Shown piece after piece: positions 10,284-20,088 of a stretch of DNA of 64,000 bases. Position 1 is the stretch's first letter; each line of letters opens with the position of its first letter. The notes beneath the pieces are model-generated. The model was not told the DNA's origin and ran no database searches. It was given only the letters and a program-made list of their open reading frames with translations. The stretch comes from Candidatus Undinarchaeota archaeon (GTDB lineage Archaea; SpSt-1190; JASMDC01): the NCBI GenBank assembly GCA_964519305.1, contig CAZFHY010000017.1, positions 1-64,000 on the forward strand. Reading direction: 5' to 3'. Position numbers and translations under genes: made by a program.

Positions 10284-11558
10284 TCAGACAGTATCGCTGC
10301 CGTTCCCCGCTATCTTGGCGAGTATCTGTAGCACCTTCGCCTTGTCCTTTGCCCCGTTCACGATTCCTTCTAGGACACCCGGTTGCTTGAGAAGCTCATC
10401 GAGTCCCTTGTCCAGCCCGCCCCTGTCCTCGTTCAGCGAGAGGGCGGCCTCGGTGTCGAGCGCGAACTGGCAGCGGTTGCAGTATCTCGCACCGGCGGGA
10501 TTCCTCTCTCCGCACGAGGGGCACACGCGGGGCTCCGTTGGCACCTCCTCCTCGGCTATGCCATGCATACCAAGCATGGTCTTGTCCAAGTCCCGCCCGG
10601 ATAGGTGGACGTAGGTCGCTGTCATGTCGCTTCCGGGAACCCAGCCGAAGTACTGGCACATCTGGGCCTCAGTCAGCTTGTTGGCAAGCTCGGTGGCCCG
10701 CGAGTGGCGGAAGTTGTGGGGATTGACCTTGGAGCGTGGGATTTTGGCGCGGTCGGCCCGCTTGCGGAGCATGGAGACGATGGCGGCATAGTTCATCGCC
10801 ACGGCACCGCCCTTCTTCCCCTCCCTTGTTCTCCCGAGCTTCTCGACCTTGACCCACAAGTAGCAATCCCGGTTCTTCTCGGCAAGGGGGTGTACACGCA
10901 GCCATGTACGAAGGAATCCAACGCTATCGACGAGAGGAAGCCTCCGCGGCCCCGTCTTCCCCTCGGGGAGCAGCACGGACACATGGGAGCCGTTGAAGGT
11001 AACGTCCTTGACCCTCATGGACGCCAGCTCCGCAATCCGCGCTCCCGACTCGTACAGGACGGATATGAACGCCCTATCCCTCTCGTTCTGGCAGGCCCTT
11101 ATGAGGGCTTCCACCTCTTCCCGTCTGAGGAGGTCCTCGGGGACCGTTCGCTTGTAGCTCTTGGGCGTCGTCTTGATGCACTTGGTGATGGCGGGGCGGT
11201 CCTCTCCGGTGAGGAACTTGTACATCTGTTTGATGGCGACCTTGTATCCCGTCTTGGTCCACTCCTTGTATCGGTCGGAGCGGTTGATGGCGATGGCCAG
11301 CGTCCTGATGTTATCCTCGGTAGCATCCTTGAAGGTGAACCCTTCGAGCCCCTCCTCATGGGCAATCTTGAGGAGGGCGCGGAAGGCGGAGATGTACTTT
11401 CGCACGCGGGAGGCGCTGAGCCCCCGGGCCTCGATGTCCTCGATGAAGGCGAGAATGGTGTCCTTGTTCTCCTGGGAGATGGCCGGATCACTCCTCAGCC
11501 GGGCGATAAAAGCCTCGGGCCGGTTCCATTGTCCGTAAAAGTCCCTTTGGCCTTCCAT
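10284..11558 (-). CDS. Tyrosine recombinase/integrase with C-terminal zinc ribbon
   Basis: YESGAR, GKTG, PHNFRHSRAT, FGW and ATYVH catalytic set; CPSC...YCNRC; TATA at 11581-11588 supports ATG 11558. Confidence 0.95.
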   Translation of the reverse strand: MEGQRDFYGQWNRPEAFIARLRSDPAISQENKDTILAFIEDIEARGLSASRVRKYISAFRALLKIAHEEGLEGFTFKDATEDNIRTLAIAINRSDRYKEWTKTGYKVAIKQMYKFLTGEDRPAITKCIKTTPKSYKRTVPEDLLRREEVEALIRACQNERDRAFISVLYESGARIAELASMRVKDVTFNGSHVSVLLPEGKTGPRRLPLVDSVGFLRTWLRVHPLAEKNRDCYLWVKVEKLGRTREGKKGGAVAMNYAAIVSMLRKRADRAKIPRSKVNPHNFRHSRATELANKLTEAQMCQYFGWVPGSDMTATYVHLSGRDLDKTMLGMHGIAEEEVPTEPRVCPSCGERNPAGARYCNRCQFALDTEAALSLNEDRGGLDKGLDELLKQPGVLEGIVNGAKDKAKVLQILAKIAGNGSDTV

Positions 11559-11619
11559 ACAACACTTTAGTCGTTCCAGGTATAAAAAGATTCCCAAAAA
11601 TAGTTGAGTAAAGAAATAG

Positions 11620-11691
11620 AGCCAAGGGAGGGATTTGAACCCCCATAAATTCGATCTGCAGTCGAACGCATAGCCGCTCTGCTACCTTGGC
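11620..11691 (-). tRNA. tRNA-Cys(GCA)
   Basis: Reverse complement GCCAAGGTAGCAGAGCGGCTATGCGTTCGACTGCAGATCGAATTTATGGGGGTTCAAATCCCTCCCTTGGCT folds as a cloverleaf; GCA anticodon, U discriminator, no encoded CCA. Confidence 0.95.
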
Positions 11692-11783
11692 TCAGAAGGA
11701 AGGTTTCTTAGGCGGCTGGAAATAAAAAACTTATGTTCGGCGCAGCCAACAACATTTTAACCCTTGGTGTCCCTCCTTGCACC

Positions 11784-13160
11784 ATGCGTGTGGCCGTTGT
11801 GGAGCCGCCGGGTGCCGTGGAGCGTGACCTCGCGTACGGCTGCTGGCATCGACGCAAGTGGGTGTCCTACCACTGGCCACCGCTCCATCTGGGCTATATC
11901 GCCGCCGTAGTACAGCGCTCAGGGCACGATGTTTCCCTCCTTGAGGCCAACGCACTGGGCACCGGGTCCATCGTCGACCGCATTGAGGCGCTCGCCCCTG
12001 ATGTGATAATTGCGTCCACATCCACACGGACTTTCAGGGAGGACACATCGTTCCTCTCGGGTCTGAGGGACGATGCTTATCGTGTGCTGTTCGGCGATCT
12101 CTCCAGCGTCCGGCCTGACGCAGTGCTCACGGCATGCGACGTGGCCGTCGTGGGGGAGGCCGAGGCAGTGTTCCCCCAGCTCCTGCACTCGCTCGAGACC
12201 GGCAATGACGGTGCCGGTGTCACTGGCGTTCGTGTGAAGAGAAACGGGCGAACGACAGGATCGGGAAGGGGTGTCATCAAGGACCTGGACTCCCTACCGC
12301 TACCGGCACGACACCTTTTCGCGGGCGACTATACCAATCCCCTCGCGGTCCGAGCTCCCTTCACCACCGTGCTCGCCTCTCGTGGGTGCCCGCACGGGTG
12401 CACATTCTGCACAGCACGCATAGTCCAGGGACGGACCTTCCGTACACGCTCCCCCGCGAACATCGCCCTGGAGCTCGACCTCCTGGAGACTCACGGATAC
12501 CGTGAGGTGTTCTTCCGGGACGAGAACATAGCACATGACAAGGCCTGGCTCCTCACCCTGGCCGACGACCTCGCCGTACGCGATATGACATGGATGGCGA
12601 ACGCCCGGGCCGACGCTCTCGACGAGGACGTCGTGGACGCTATGGCTGACAGCGGTTGCCACCTGGTGAAGATCGGTGTTGAATCTGGCTCACAGCACGT
12701 GCTCGACTCGCTGGGCAAGGGTTCTCGCGTGGACGATGCACGACGTGCCGTCGCTCTGTGCAAGGACCGGGGCGTGTCCGTGCTGGCACATTTCCTATTG
12801 GGGGCGCCCGGCCAGACCGCGGCGGACCTCGGGCGGACCGCGGACTTCGCCTTGGAGCTAGAGTGCGACCTCGCCTCCTTCGACCTCCTCCTGCCCCTCC
12901 CCGGTACGGCGCTATTCGACCGACTCGCAGCGGACGGTATGATCTCGCTCGACGATGTCCTGGAGCTTCCCGCCACCGAGCTCGCAGCACGGTCCGCCGA
13001 GGCCACGGCCGCCGAACTTGAGGACGCCTACGCATCAGCGTTCCGACGGTTCTACCTCCGCCCGCAGCTAGTTGCACGGCACGCGCTCGCGGCAACATCA
13101 CCTGAACGCGCTGCAGCCCTTGCCAGAGCGACCGGTCAGCTGTGGAGGGGCCTTATGTGA
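11784..13160 (+). CDS. B12-binding domain radical SAM protein
   Basis: PPLHLGYIAA; SRGCPHGCTFC (CxxxCxxC); GVESGS; ATG 11784 after TATA-like TTTTAA. Confidence 0.92.
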   Translation: MRVAVVEPPGAVERDLAYGCWHRRKWVSYHWPPLHLGYIAAVVQRSGHDVSLLEANALGTGSIVDRIEALAPDVIIASTSTRTFREDTSFLSGLRDDAYRVLFGDLSSVRPDAVLTACDVAVVGEAEAVFPQLLHSLETGNDGAGVTGVRVKRNGRTTGSGRGVIKDLDSLPLPARHLFAGDYTNPLAVRAPFTTVLASRGCPHGCTFCTARIVQGRTFRTRSPANIALELDLLETHGYREVFFRDENIAHDKAWLLTLADDLAVRDMTWMANARADALDEDVVDAMADSGCHLVKIGVESGSQHVLDSLGKGSRVDDARRAVALCKDRGVSVLAHFLLGAPGQTAADLGRTADFALELECDLASFDLLLPLPGTALFDRLAADGMISLDDVLELPATELAARSAEATAAELEDAYASAFRRFYLRPQLVARHALAATSPERAAALARATGQLWRGLM

Positions 13161-13891
13161 GCAGTGTCGTGGTCATCCCGGCTTTTGATGAGGAGGGATC
13201 CATCGGACCCGTCGTACGACGGGCGCTTTCGTTCGCGGACCGCGTCATAGTCGCTGATGACGGCTCGAAGGACGGCACGGTCGGCTGCGCACGGACGGCG
13301 GGTGCCGAGGTCCTCGTCCTACCTCATCGCGGGAAGGGCGCTGCGGTGAGGGTGGCTCTCGCCCACCTCCGTGACGAGGATTTCGATGGCACTACCGTTC
13401 TCATGGACGCGGATGGGGAGCACGAGCCCGCGGACATCCCCCGGTTCCTACGTGCGGTCGATGGAGGAAAGGACATTGTGATCGGACGGCGGCGTGTCCA
13501 TCGTTCCCATGTACGAGCCTTCCTCAACCATCTTTCTTCGATATGCACAGGCATCCTTGCTGACGTGGACGCCCAGTGCGGTTTCCGTGCCCTCTCCCCC
13601 CGCGTCTTGGGCCTACCGCTCACGACCGATGGCTACGAGATCGAACTCGAGATGGTGCTCGCCTCCGTAGCGGAGGGCCTAGATATAGGCTCGCTGGACA
13701 TAACCATGCGACCTTCCCGTCCCAGCAGGGTACGGCCCGGGGACATGGTCCGTATCAATGCCTTCTTCGATCGCTGGATCATCTCAAATATCCACAGGCT
13801 CCCGGTAAGCCCGGGGGAGCGGATCGTCCTTTCGCTAGGGGCGGCCGGAGGCCTGACGTTCTCCACCATCCTGGGGCGGCTCATGCTGTAA
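13157..13891 (+). CDS. Glycosyltransferase family 2 (DPM1-like)
   Basis: VIPAFDE, DDGSKDGT, GKGAA, DADG and DAQCGFR; GTG overlaps the upstream stop. Confidence 0.9.
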   Translation: MSSVVVIPAFDEEGSIGPVVRRALSFADRVIVADDGSKDGTVGCARTAGAEVLVLPHRGKGAAVRVALAHLRDEDFDGTTVLMDADGEHEPADIPRFLRAVDGGKDIVIGRRRVHRSHVRAFLNHLSSICTGILADVDAQCGFRALSPRVLGLPLTTDGYEIELEMVLASVAEGLDIGSLDITMRPSRPSRVRPGDMVRINAFFDRWIISNIHRLPVSPGERIVLSLGAAGGLTFSTILGRLML

Positions 13892-13960
13892 AGGTCCCGC
13901 GTGGGACATTCATTTTTAAAAGATGTAGCTCCGTCAATCATCAATAACGGGGAAGAATCC

Positions 13961-15082
13961 ATGGCCAAAGTGACCAAAGGAAAGCAGCTCATCGGGGAGA
14001 TGGAGCAGTCCAACCGTTTCTTCCTTGCTTTCGCCGTAGTGCTCGGTGCCCTCGCCCTGTACACAGTGCTCCCGTTCATCAACCTAATAGTCGCTTCGGC
14101 ATTCCTCGCCTACCTGTTCAATCCGCTGGAAGAGATGCTGACAAAGCACCTACCATCCCGGAGATCCGCGGCATTCATCGTATCGGCGTTCATCAGCCTC
14201 GTTGCTATCATAGGTTTCGTCTACGCGATATTCATACTCCAGGAGGCCGTGGGAGCGGTCTCGGACCTCGTTGACAGGAGCCTACCCCGTCTCGAGGAAG
14301 CAGAGAGCGTGTACAAATCGGTGCTTGCCCGTCACGGTCTCGATCTCAGGGAGGAGGTCACAACCATGCTCAACGGTGTCCTCGACACCGCGAAGACCGG
14401 TCTCGTGGATCTAATCATCGGCCTGCCGACGTTGACGCTGACCTACATCCTCCTGATGTTCCTGACCTACTACTTCCTCATCGAGGGCGAGAAGCTCATC
14501 CAGACGATCGTCGAGCTCTTCCCCTGCCGACGACGGAACGCTGTGAAGAAGCTCATATCCGATACCGACAAGCTGGCCAGGGGCGTCATCTTCGGCCACT
14601 TCGCCGTCTCGATATTCCTGGGTACGGTGTCCTATCCGGCATACGTCCTCATCGGCGTCATCGATCCTGTCGCCTACGCCTTCATAACCACAGTGGTGGC
14701 GCTCATCCCCATCGTGGGTGGGGCGCTCGTCCCCGCCGTACTGTGCTTGTACAACCTCCTCCAGCTGCAGTTCACCCTCGCCGGATCCATGTTCCTCTTG
14801 TCAATAACCCTGACCGTGCTCAGCCAGATGGCCTACGCCTACGTCTCGCGGCGCACGTCGCATCTCCACCCCGGGCTCCTCATCCTCGGGATGATCTCGG
14901 GACCGTTCGTGTTCGACGCGGCCGGTTTCTTCGTGGGACCCATAATCCTGGGCGGCTTCGTCAACGTCATCAACGCCTACAGGGAGAACCTAGAGCTGAT
15001 ATGTGAGATCGACGAGCACGAGCACATGGAGACACCTCAGCATATCAAGAAATATGCGCGTGCCCACATTGACAAGAAATGA
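13961..15082 (+). CDS. AI-2E family (PerM-like) transporter
   Basis: Multiple TMs; LAYLFNPL, IPIVG, LHPGLLILG and GFFVGP motifs. Confidence 0.88.
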   Translation: MAKVTKGKQLIGEMEQSNRFFLAFAVVLGALALYTVLPFINLIVASAFLAYLFNPLEEMLTKHLPSRRSAAFIVSAFISLVAIIGFVYAIFILQEAVGAVSDLVDRSLPRLEEAESVYKSVLARHGLDLREEVTTMLNGVLDTAKTGLVDLIIGLPTLTLTYILLMFLTYYFLIEGEKLIQTIVELFPCRRRNAVKKLISDTDKLARGVIFGHFAVSIFLGTVSYPAYVLIGVIDPVAYAFITTVVALIPIVGGALVPAVLCLYNLLQLQFTLAGSMFLLSITLTVLSQMAYAYVSRRTSHLHPGLLILGMISGPFVFDAAGFFVGPIILGGFVNVINAYRENLELICEIDEHEHMETPQHIKKYARAHIDKK

Positions 15083-15088
15083 AAGGTC

Positions 15089-15367
15089 CTATGCGACCGC
15101 TTTCTCGACCTTCGGGATGTTCTTGATGTCAACACCCACGTACCAGTCCGGCCCTTGGTGTCGCAACTCGATGATACCGCGATCGTAGAGGTCCCGGAAC
15201 GACTCCTTACCGATGGCCTTGCTGAACCGCGCCTCGTAGACGTGGTTGAGCTTCGAAGTGCTGATGAACTTGTACATCGGGTGCTCGGTCTCGATGTACT
15301 TGCGGACCCTACCGAACGACAGGTACACCCGTAGGATGTCCTTTTCCTCGACATTTAGGGCTTTCAT
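15089..15367 (-). CDS. Hypothetical protein (small, possibly winged helix)
   Basis: Clean coding-like codon usage; upstream TTATTAAA. Confidence 0.7.
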   Translation of the reverse strand: MKALNVEEKDILRVYLSFGRVRKYIETEHPMYKFISTSKLNHVYEARFSKAIGKESFRDLYDRGIIELRHQGPDWYVGVDIKNIPKVEKAVA

Positions 15368-15779
15368 CTAGGACGGAAATAGTCGCTCACGTTTAATAAG
15401 CTTTTTCACGTCGATGTCCCCACTTCGGGATAGATAACGAGCGGTGCTTTGGATCCGACAACAGAGGCGTTTCTAGCGTTCAGGGATCCAAATCGGCATG
15501 TTTTTTCCCTATGGGACATATTTTTGAGTTGTAGAGGGAGAACGAACTATTGTCAATTAGTTGCGGGCCCTGGATGGAGGGTCCCCTGCGAGATGATATG
15601 CTCCGATCGGTGAACGTGAGAACTGGCGAGACTGACTTGGCACGAGAGCGTCGTCGTGGCATATCCGGCGGTTGTACGTGACCTGATGGTAGGGATTCCC
15701 CTGCCCCGGTACGATGTTATGTAGGTCCGCGCCGATGCCCGTCAAAACCTTTATAGCCCTTCGGAAGGAGGGCCGTGGA

Positions 15780-16886
15780 GTGGCCGTGGAGAACGACGGC
15801 GAGGACCTGTCCGAGGGGACCGCATCGGCGGGACCGACGATCTCGTATCTCGAACGTCTGGAGGCGACACGGCCTGGCAGCTGGGTCATCCGCATCTGGG
15901 AGCGGCCACGGGGGAGGTGGCTGCTGCTCACCCTGCTCGGTATCGCCTACGGCATCGCCGGCTATGTGACGATAATGGGTGACTTCGGCGTCTCGACCTT
16001 CCTGGTGTACGCCTGGGACGTGGTGCCGGTGGTCGTCGGCTACCGGGTATCCCCTATGGCCGGTGCCTGGGTGGGGGCCACGGGCTCTTTGGCCACGGGC
16101 AGCATCCTGCTCCGTGACCTCTGGGGTTTCAGGGACTTCCACTTCTATCTAGCACCTGTGATCTTGGTGGCGGTCCTTGCGGGCGCTCTCTTGGGCGCCC
16201 TCCCCGCTCGGTACGCACCTGACATGGACCGACGCCGGTTCTTGCTGGTCCTGCTCGCGTGCTCCCTCGTCGTGGGGTTCACCGATGTGACCCCCGTGCT
16301 AGCAGCAAGGGTCATGGGCCGTGCACGCATCGTCAATCTCTGGGTATGGCCTCTCATGTCGTTGATGAGCTTTATCATGTACATCCTCATCGTGGCACCG
16401 CTCGCCCGGGGCCTCGTCAAGGACGACAGGATGGCGCTGGGTCGCGCCTTCTTAGTCATGGTGGTCGTCAGTCTCATAGGACTCATCCCATTCGAGGGTC
16501 CACAGATAGTGTCGCCGGAGCGGTTCGAGCCCTTCGTCGACCCGGCCCATCCGGTAGTGATCGACCTGGCCAGCGTGCTCGCCCCCGCCACCCTGACCCC
16601 GGCCGAGCGTATCAACGCGACCTACCGTTTCGTACGCGACAACATAACCTACATCGACGATCCGCCCATCGTCGGCGACTACCTCCAGCCTCCCGATGAG
16701 ACCCTCGAGCGCGGATACGGCGACTGCGAGGACGTGTCCATCCTCCTGGTATCGCTCCTCCGCAGCGAAGGTTTCGATGCCTCGGTGGACGTGATCCCTG
16801 GCCACGCACGGGTTGCGCTCCGGTGGAACGGTTCTATACACGTGCTCGATGCCACGAGCGCCGATGAGTTCGAGTGCGGCGGCTAA
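15780..16886 (+). CDS. Multi-TM membrane protein fused to a transglutaminase-like cysteine peptidase domain
   Basis: Several TMs, then FVRDNITY...GDCED...PGHA...VLDAT (Cys-His-Asp triad); start inferred from TATA at ~15750. Confidence 0.8.
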   Translation: MAVENDGEDLSEGTASAGPTISYLERLEATRPGSWVIRIWERPRGRWLLLTLLGIAYGIAGYVTIMGDFGVSTFLVYAWDVVPVVVGYRVSPMAGAWVGATGSLATGSILLRDLWGFRDFHFYLAPVILVAVLAGALLGALPARYAPDMDRRRFLLVLLACSLVVGFTDVTPVLAARVMGRARIVNLWVWPLMSLMSFIMYILIVAPLARGLVKDDRMALGRAFLVMVVVSLIGLIPFEGPQIVSPERFEPFVDPAHPVVIDLASVLAPATLTPAERINATYRFVRDNITYIDDPPIVGDYLQPPDETLERGYGDCEDVSILLVSLLRSEGFDASVDVIPGHARVALRWNGSIHVLDATSADEFECGG

Positions 16887-17347
16887 TCGTCGTCCTTCGC
16901 TCCGGCCGCGAGCTCGAGGAACGGAGCGGGATCCTTCGGGTTGATGACCAGCGCACGTGGCCATCCTTCCCGCCTCCGGACCACGATGCGGCCCGCGATC
17001 CCGGTGGAAAGGTAAAGCGTGCCACGTCGGTACGCACGCACATAGGATGGCAGGTCACCTAGACCCTTCTCTACCGAGGTGATGTCCTCAGAGGGTACAT
17101 ACAGGCGCAGGGGGCCGTACCACACTATCAGGTCACCCGCTTCATCGATGATGTAGCGGACGAAGATCGTAGAGAGGAGGAGGAAGATGATGGGGACCCA
17201 AAGGAGAAGGATGAGGGGTGTGAACAACGGCGGTAGGAACGTCCGCGCCTGCCACAGGAAGGTCGTGATATAGGTACAGGCCAGAACGTAGGCGGCCGAG
17301 GCGGTGGCGAACCGTCGGTCGATGGGGGGGCTATCGATCACCGTCAT
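16883..17347 (-). CDS. Membrane protein with bacterial PH-like domain
   Basis: Two TMs, then VRYII...ITSVE...LVINPKDPAPF. Confidence 0.75.
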   Translation of the reverse strand: MTVIDSPPIDRRFATASAAYVLACTYITTFLWQARTFLPPLFTPLILLLWVPIIFLLLSTIFVRYIIDEAGDLIVWYGPLRLYVPSEDITSVEKGLGDLPSYVRAYRRGTLYLSTGIAGRIVVRRREGWPRALVINPKDPAPFLELAAGAKDDD

Positions 17348-18050
17348 TATCCCGGTCCTCCGTCCGGTCAGCGAGCGTCCGGAAGAACCCGGCGAGACCG
17401 AAAGCCTCCTGGCGCGTGAGGAATGACTTGGCCAGCACCCTGCGGAGCACGAGCTGTATCTTATGAACGCGCTGCTCCGAGAACGCCAGTTCGTCCATGA
17501 GCGTGTCAGCGCTACGGAGGATTACCTCCTTCTCGTCGGCACCGGCGAGCTCGTATGGCGCCTCGTCGAGCTGGCGTCCGACCCAGAGCTCGTAGAGGAT
17601 GACCGCTGCTGCCTGGGAGATGTTGAGAGTACCGTACTCGGGGCTTGCCGGGATGGTGACGACCAGCTCGCATCGCTCCAGCTCGTCAGCGTGGAGCCCT
17701 TCACCCTCCCGACCGAGCACGAGGGCCGTCCTCCCCTGAGCGCCCGCTAACCGCTCACCGAGCTGACGCGGACCGATATGGGACCGCCGGACGTTCCGCT
17801 CCGATGCGCGGATCGCCGTGGAACCCACCACCAGTTCACACCCCGAAACGGCCTCATCCCACGTCGCCACCGTGCGTGACGCGTCCAGGACCTCGACCGC
17901 GTGCTTGGCCCGCCGCCGTGCCTCGTCCCCTAGCTCGCACTGAGGATCGAGGAGCACGAGTTCGGATACACCGAAGTTCTTCATTAGACGACAGATTGCG
18001 CCGACGTTGCCCGCGGTCTGGGGCTGGACGAGCACGACAGTGAGGGACAT
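17331..18050 (-). CDS. trmJ: tRNA methyltransferase, TrmJ/SPOUT family
   Basis: VVLVQPQTAGNVGAICRLMKNFG, GREGEGL and YGTLNISQA motifs. Confidence 0.9.
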   Translation of the reverse strand: MSLTVVLVQPQTAGNVGAICRLMKNFGVSELVLLDPQCELGDEARRRAKHAVEVLDASRTVATWDEAVSGCELVVGSTAIRASERNVRRSHIGPRQLGERLAGAQGRTALVLGREGEGLHADELERCELVVTIPASPEYGTLNISQAAAVILYELWVGRQLDEAPYELAGADEKEVILRSADTLMDELAFSEQRVHKIQLVLRRVLAKSFLTRQEAFGLAGFFRTLADRTEDRDNDGDR

Positions 18051-18065
18051 GAGGGACCCGGAATA

Positions 18066-18614
18066 TCAGGGTTCCTTGAACTTGCTGTACACATCAGCCA
18101 GGAAGCTCTCCCGCTCGAGGAACGGCCCGACCAGGTCCTCCACTCGCATCTTCTTCATGCACCGGGAGATGAGGTCGCGGGACACCTGCCGCTCGGGCGT
18201 GAGGTCGTACCGGGTGATTATGTCCAGTTCCTCGCCCACGCTCTTGGAGAAGCCCTTGAAGTCCTCCCCGGGGGTCTTGCTCCGGGCCCACACGCCTAGA
18301 AGCTCGAGTGCTTCGGTGATGGTCAGGTGCTCGTCGCCCACCAAGATACCGCGGTCGGCGATCCACTCCTTGGTGACCTTTTCCAGGGCTGCCTCCTGCA
18401 TCATCACCTGGATGATGAAGAAGTCCTTGTTGCGCTCACCGATAGGCGTGAAGATCTCCAGGACCTCCTTCTGGGCGGCCACGGGCAGGATGTAGGCGTT
18501 CGACGCGAGCCGCAGGAAGGGGAACCTGCGCTTGCTATCGAAGCTCTCCATGACCTCGGACACCCGGGAAAGGAGCTTCTCACCGAACACTAGGAGGATG
18601 ACGTTCTCGTCCAT
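18066..18614 (-). CDS. Hypothetical protein
   Basis: Coding-like from MDENVILL; TATA ~25 bp upstream; the longer ORF extension overlaps the DUF371 gene. Confidence 0.7.
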   Translation of the reverse strand: MDENVILLVFGEKLLSRVSEVMESFDSKRRFPFLRLASNAYILPVAAQKEVLEIFTPIGERNKDFFIIQVMMQEAALEKVTKEWIADRGILVGDEHLTITEALELLGVWARSKTPGEDFKGFSKSVGEELDIITRYDLTPERQVSRDLISRCMKKMRVEDLVGPFLERESFLADVYSKFKEP

Positions 18615-18645
18615 GGTGGAGAAGGGGGGATGAACCAATATAAAG

Positions 18646-19077
18646 CTACGGGTGGCCTGCCGGGTCGCACTCGAGCACCACCCGGACGGGACCTCCCGCG
18701 CGGAGCCGGGCCACCAGCTCGCGGGACAGGTCCTTTGCCGCTTTATCGGCACCGATCGCCAGCGTCCTCCCGCAGACGTACCCGCTACGGCGAACGACCA
18801 TATCGGACAGGTCCTCGAAGCTGAGACCGGGAGCACCCGTCGCCGCAACGACATCGGAGACGTCGTCCGCCTCGATGGTGATACGCAGCCGCCCACCTGC
18901 CCGGAGCGCGTCCTTCAGTTCATCGTCCAGCCCAGGGAGCGAGCGGTCCATCGCCACGACCACGAAGCAGTCGCCGCGGGTCGTCACGGCCTCATCCGAG
19001 GTGAACGCGAGGGTGTTGTAGTGGGTGGAGAGGATGTTCGGATGCCCCTTCCCATGCAACACCTGGCGGACCGTCAC
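18646..19077 (-). CDS. DUF371 family protein
   Basis: GHPNILSTH, TTRGDC, DMVVRRSGYVCGRTLAIGADKAA. Confidence 0.9.
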   Translation of the reverse strand: MTVRQVLHGKGHPNILSTHYNTLAFTSDEAVTTRGDCFVVVAMDRSLPGLDDELKDALRAGGRLRITIEADDVSDVVAATGAPGLSFEDLSDMVVRRSGYVCGRTLAIGADKAAKDLSRELVARLRAGGPVRVVLECDPAGHP

Positions 19078-19130
19078 GGACCGGCGGGTCCGCCAAACCT
19101 TTTTATGTCCTTGTGGGCACGCCCAACTCG

Positions 19131-19817
19131 ATGAAGGTACATATCGAGGGTAAGCTGGCGCCCATGGCCCAGGTCGACCTCGATTCCGGCGAGCGTATCT
19201 ACGCCCAGGCCGGTAGCCTTATGTTCAAGACCGGTTCCGTTGACATGGAGCCCACGGGCCGGGGTGAGGGTGCCAGCGGCATATTCAAGCGCCTGATCAC
19301 CGCCGAGACCATCCTCTTCCTCGAGTTCAAAGGTCCGGGCACCGTGGGGCTCTCCCCCTTCTTCCCCGGTGAGATAAAAGAGGTAGTTCTCGGTGAGGGC
19401 GAGTCCATCCACGTCAACCGTGGCGCGTTCCTCTTCGCCGAGCGGTCCGTGAAGTACGACGTCGACTGGGTGAGTCGTGGATGGTGGCAGCGTGCCAAGA
19501 TGGGCCTTCTGGGCGGCGAGGGGTTCTTCTTCCAGAAGCTCACAGGTCCCGGTCGCGCCTACCTCTATGTGTGCGGCGACATAGTGGAGACCGAGCTGGC
19601 CGCGGGCCAGACCGTCCAGGTGGAGCAGGGAGCACTGGTGTTCAAGGACGTCGAGGTAGGGTACGAGCTCGAGCGCGTCAAGGGACTGGGACGCATCATG
19701 TTCTCCGGGGCAGGTCTTTTCCTCGTCACGCTCTCCGGTCCGGGGAAGGTCGCTCTCCAGACCATGGACCTCAACCGGTTCGTCGGCCGCATCGTAGCAC
19801 CCATCATCCGCTCGTAA
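19131..19817 (+). CDS. AIM24 (TIGR00266) family protein
   Basis: GERIYAQAGSL, LLGGEGFFFQKLTGPG, GLFLVTLSGPGKV. Confidence 0.9.
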   Translation: MKVHIEGKLAPMAQVDLDSGERIYAQAGSLMFKTGSVDMEPTGRGEGASGIFKRLITAETILFLEFKGPGTVGLSPFFPGEIKEVVLGEGESIHVNRGAFLFAERSVKYDVDWVSRGWWQRAKMGLLGGEGFFFQKLTGPGRAYLYVCGDIVETELAAGQTVQVEQGALVFKDVEVGYELERVKGLGRIMFSGAGLFLVTLSGPGKVALQTMDLNRFVGRIVAPIIRS

Positions 19818-19871
19818 TCCCCGCTGCGAAAGGCTTTTCAATCATCAACGTACAAAGATGGACGAGCGCCC

Positions 19872-20084
19872 ATGACCGACCAGACCGCTCAGACCGCTCA
19901 GACCGCCCAACCCCTTCCCGAGACGAAGGGCGGTGGGTTGAGCCTGCTTGACCTCATCGTCATCCTCATCGAGGTGGCTGGTGTCGCAGGGTTCGTGTAC
20001 GTCGCGATGTGGCTCATGGGCGACTGCTACTCGTTCACCGTCGCCGGGTACAAGCTGAGCTGCTGTCCCTTTTCTTGCGGGTGA
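19872..20084 (+). CDS. Small single-TM protein with QTA repeats and Cys-rich C-terminus
   Basis: Coding-like codons; one TM; ends CCPFSCG. Confidence 0.6.
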   Translation: MTDQTAQTAQTAQPLPETKGGGLSLLDLIVILIEVAGVAGFVYVAMWLMGDCYSFTVAGYKLSCCPFSCG

Positions 20085-20088
20085 GCGC

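Larger units (their letters stand above)
42..11691. mobile_element. tRNA-Cys-anchored genomic island / integrative element (left boundary uncertain, may extend past the window start)
   Basis: Tyrosine integrase immediately downstream of the tRNA-Cys 3' end; AT-richer cargo at 0.5-4.2 kb and 8.4-8.6 kb; duplicated integrase 3' end at 268-432; tRNA-like fragment at 42-63. Confidence 0.7.
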
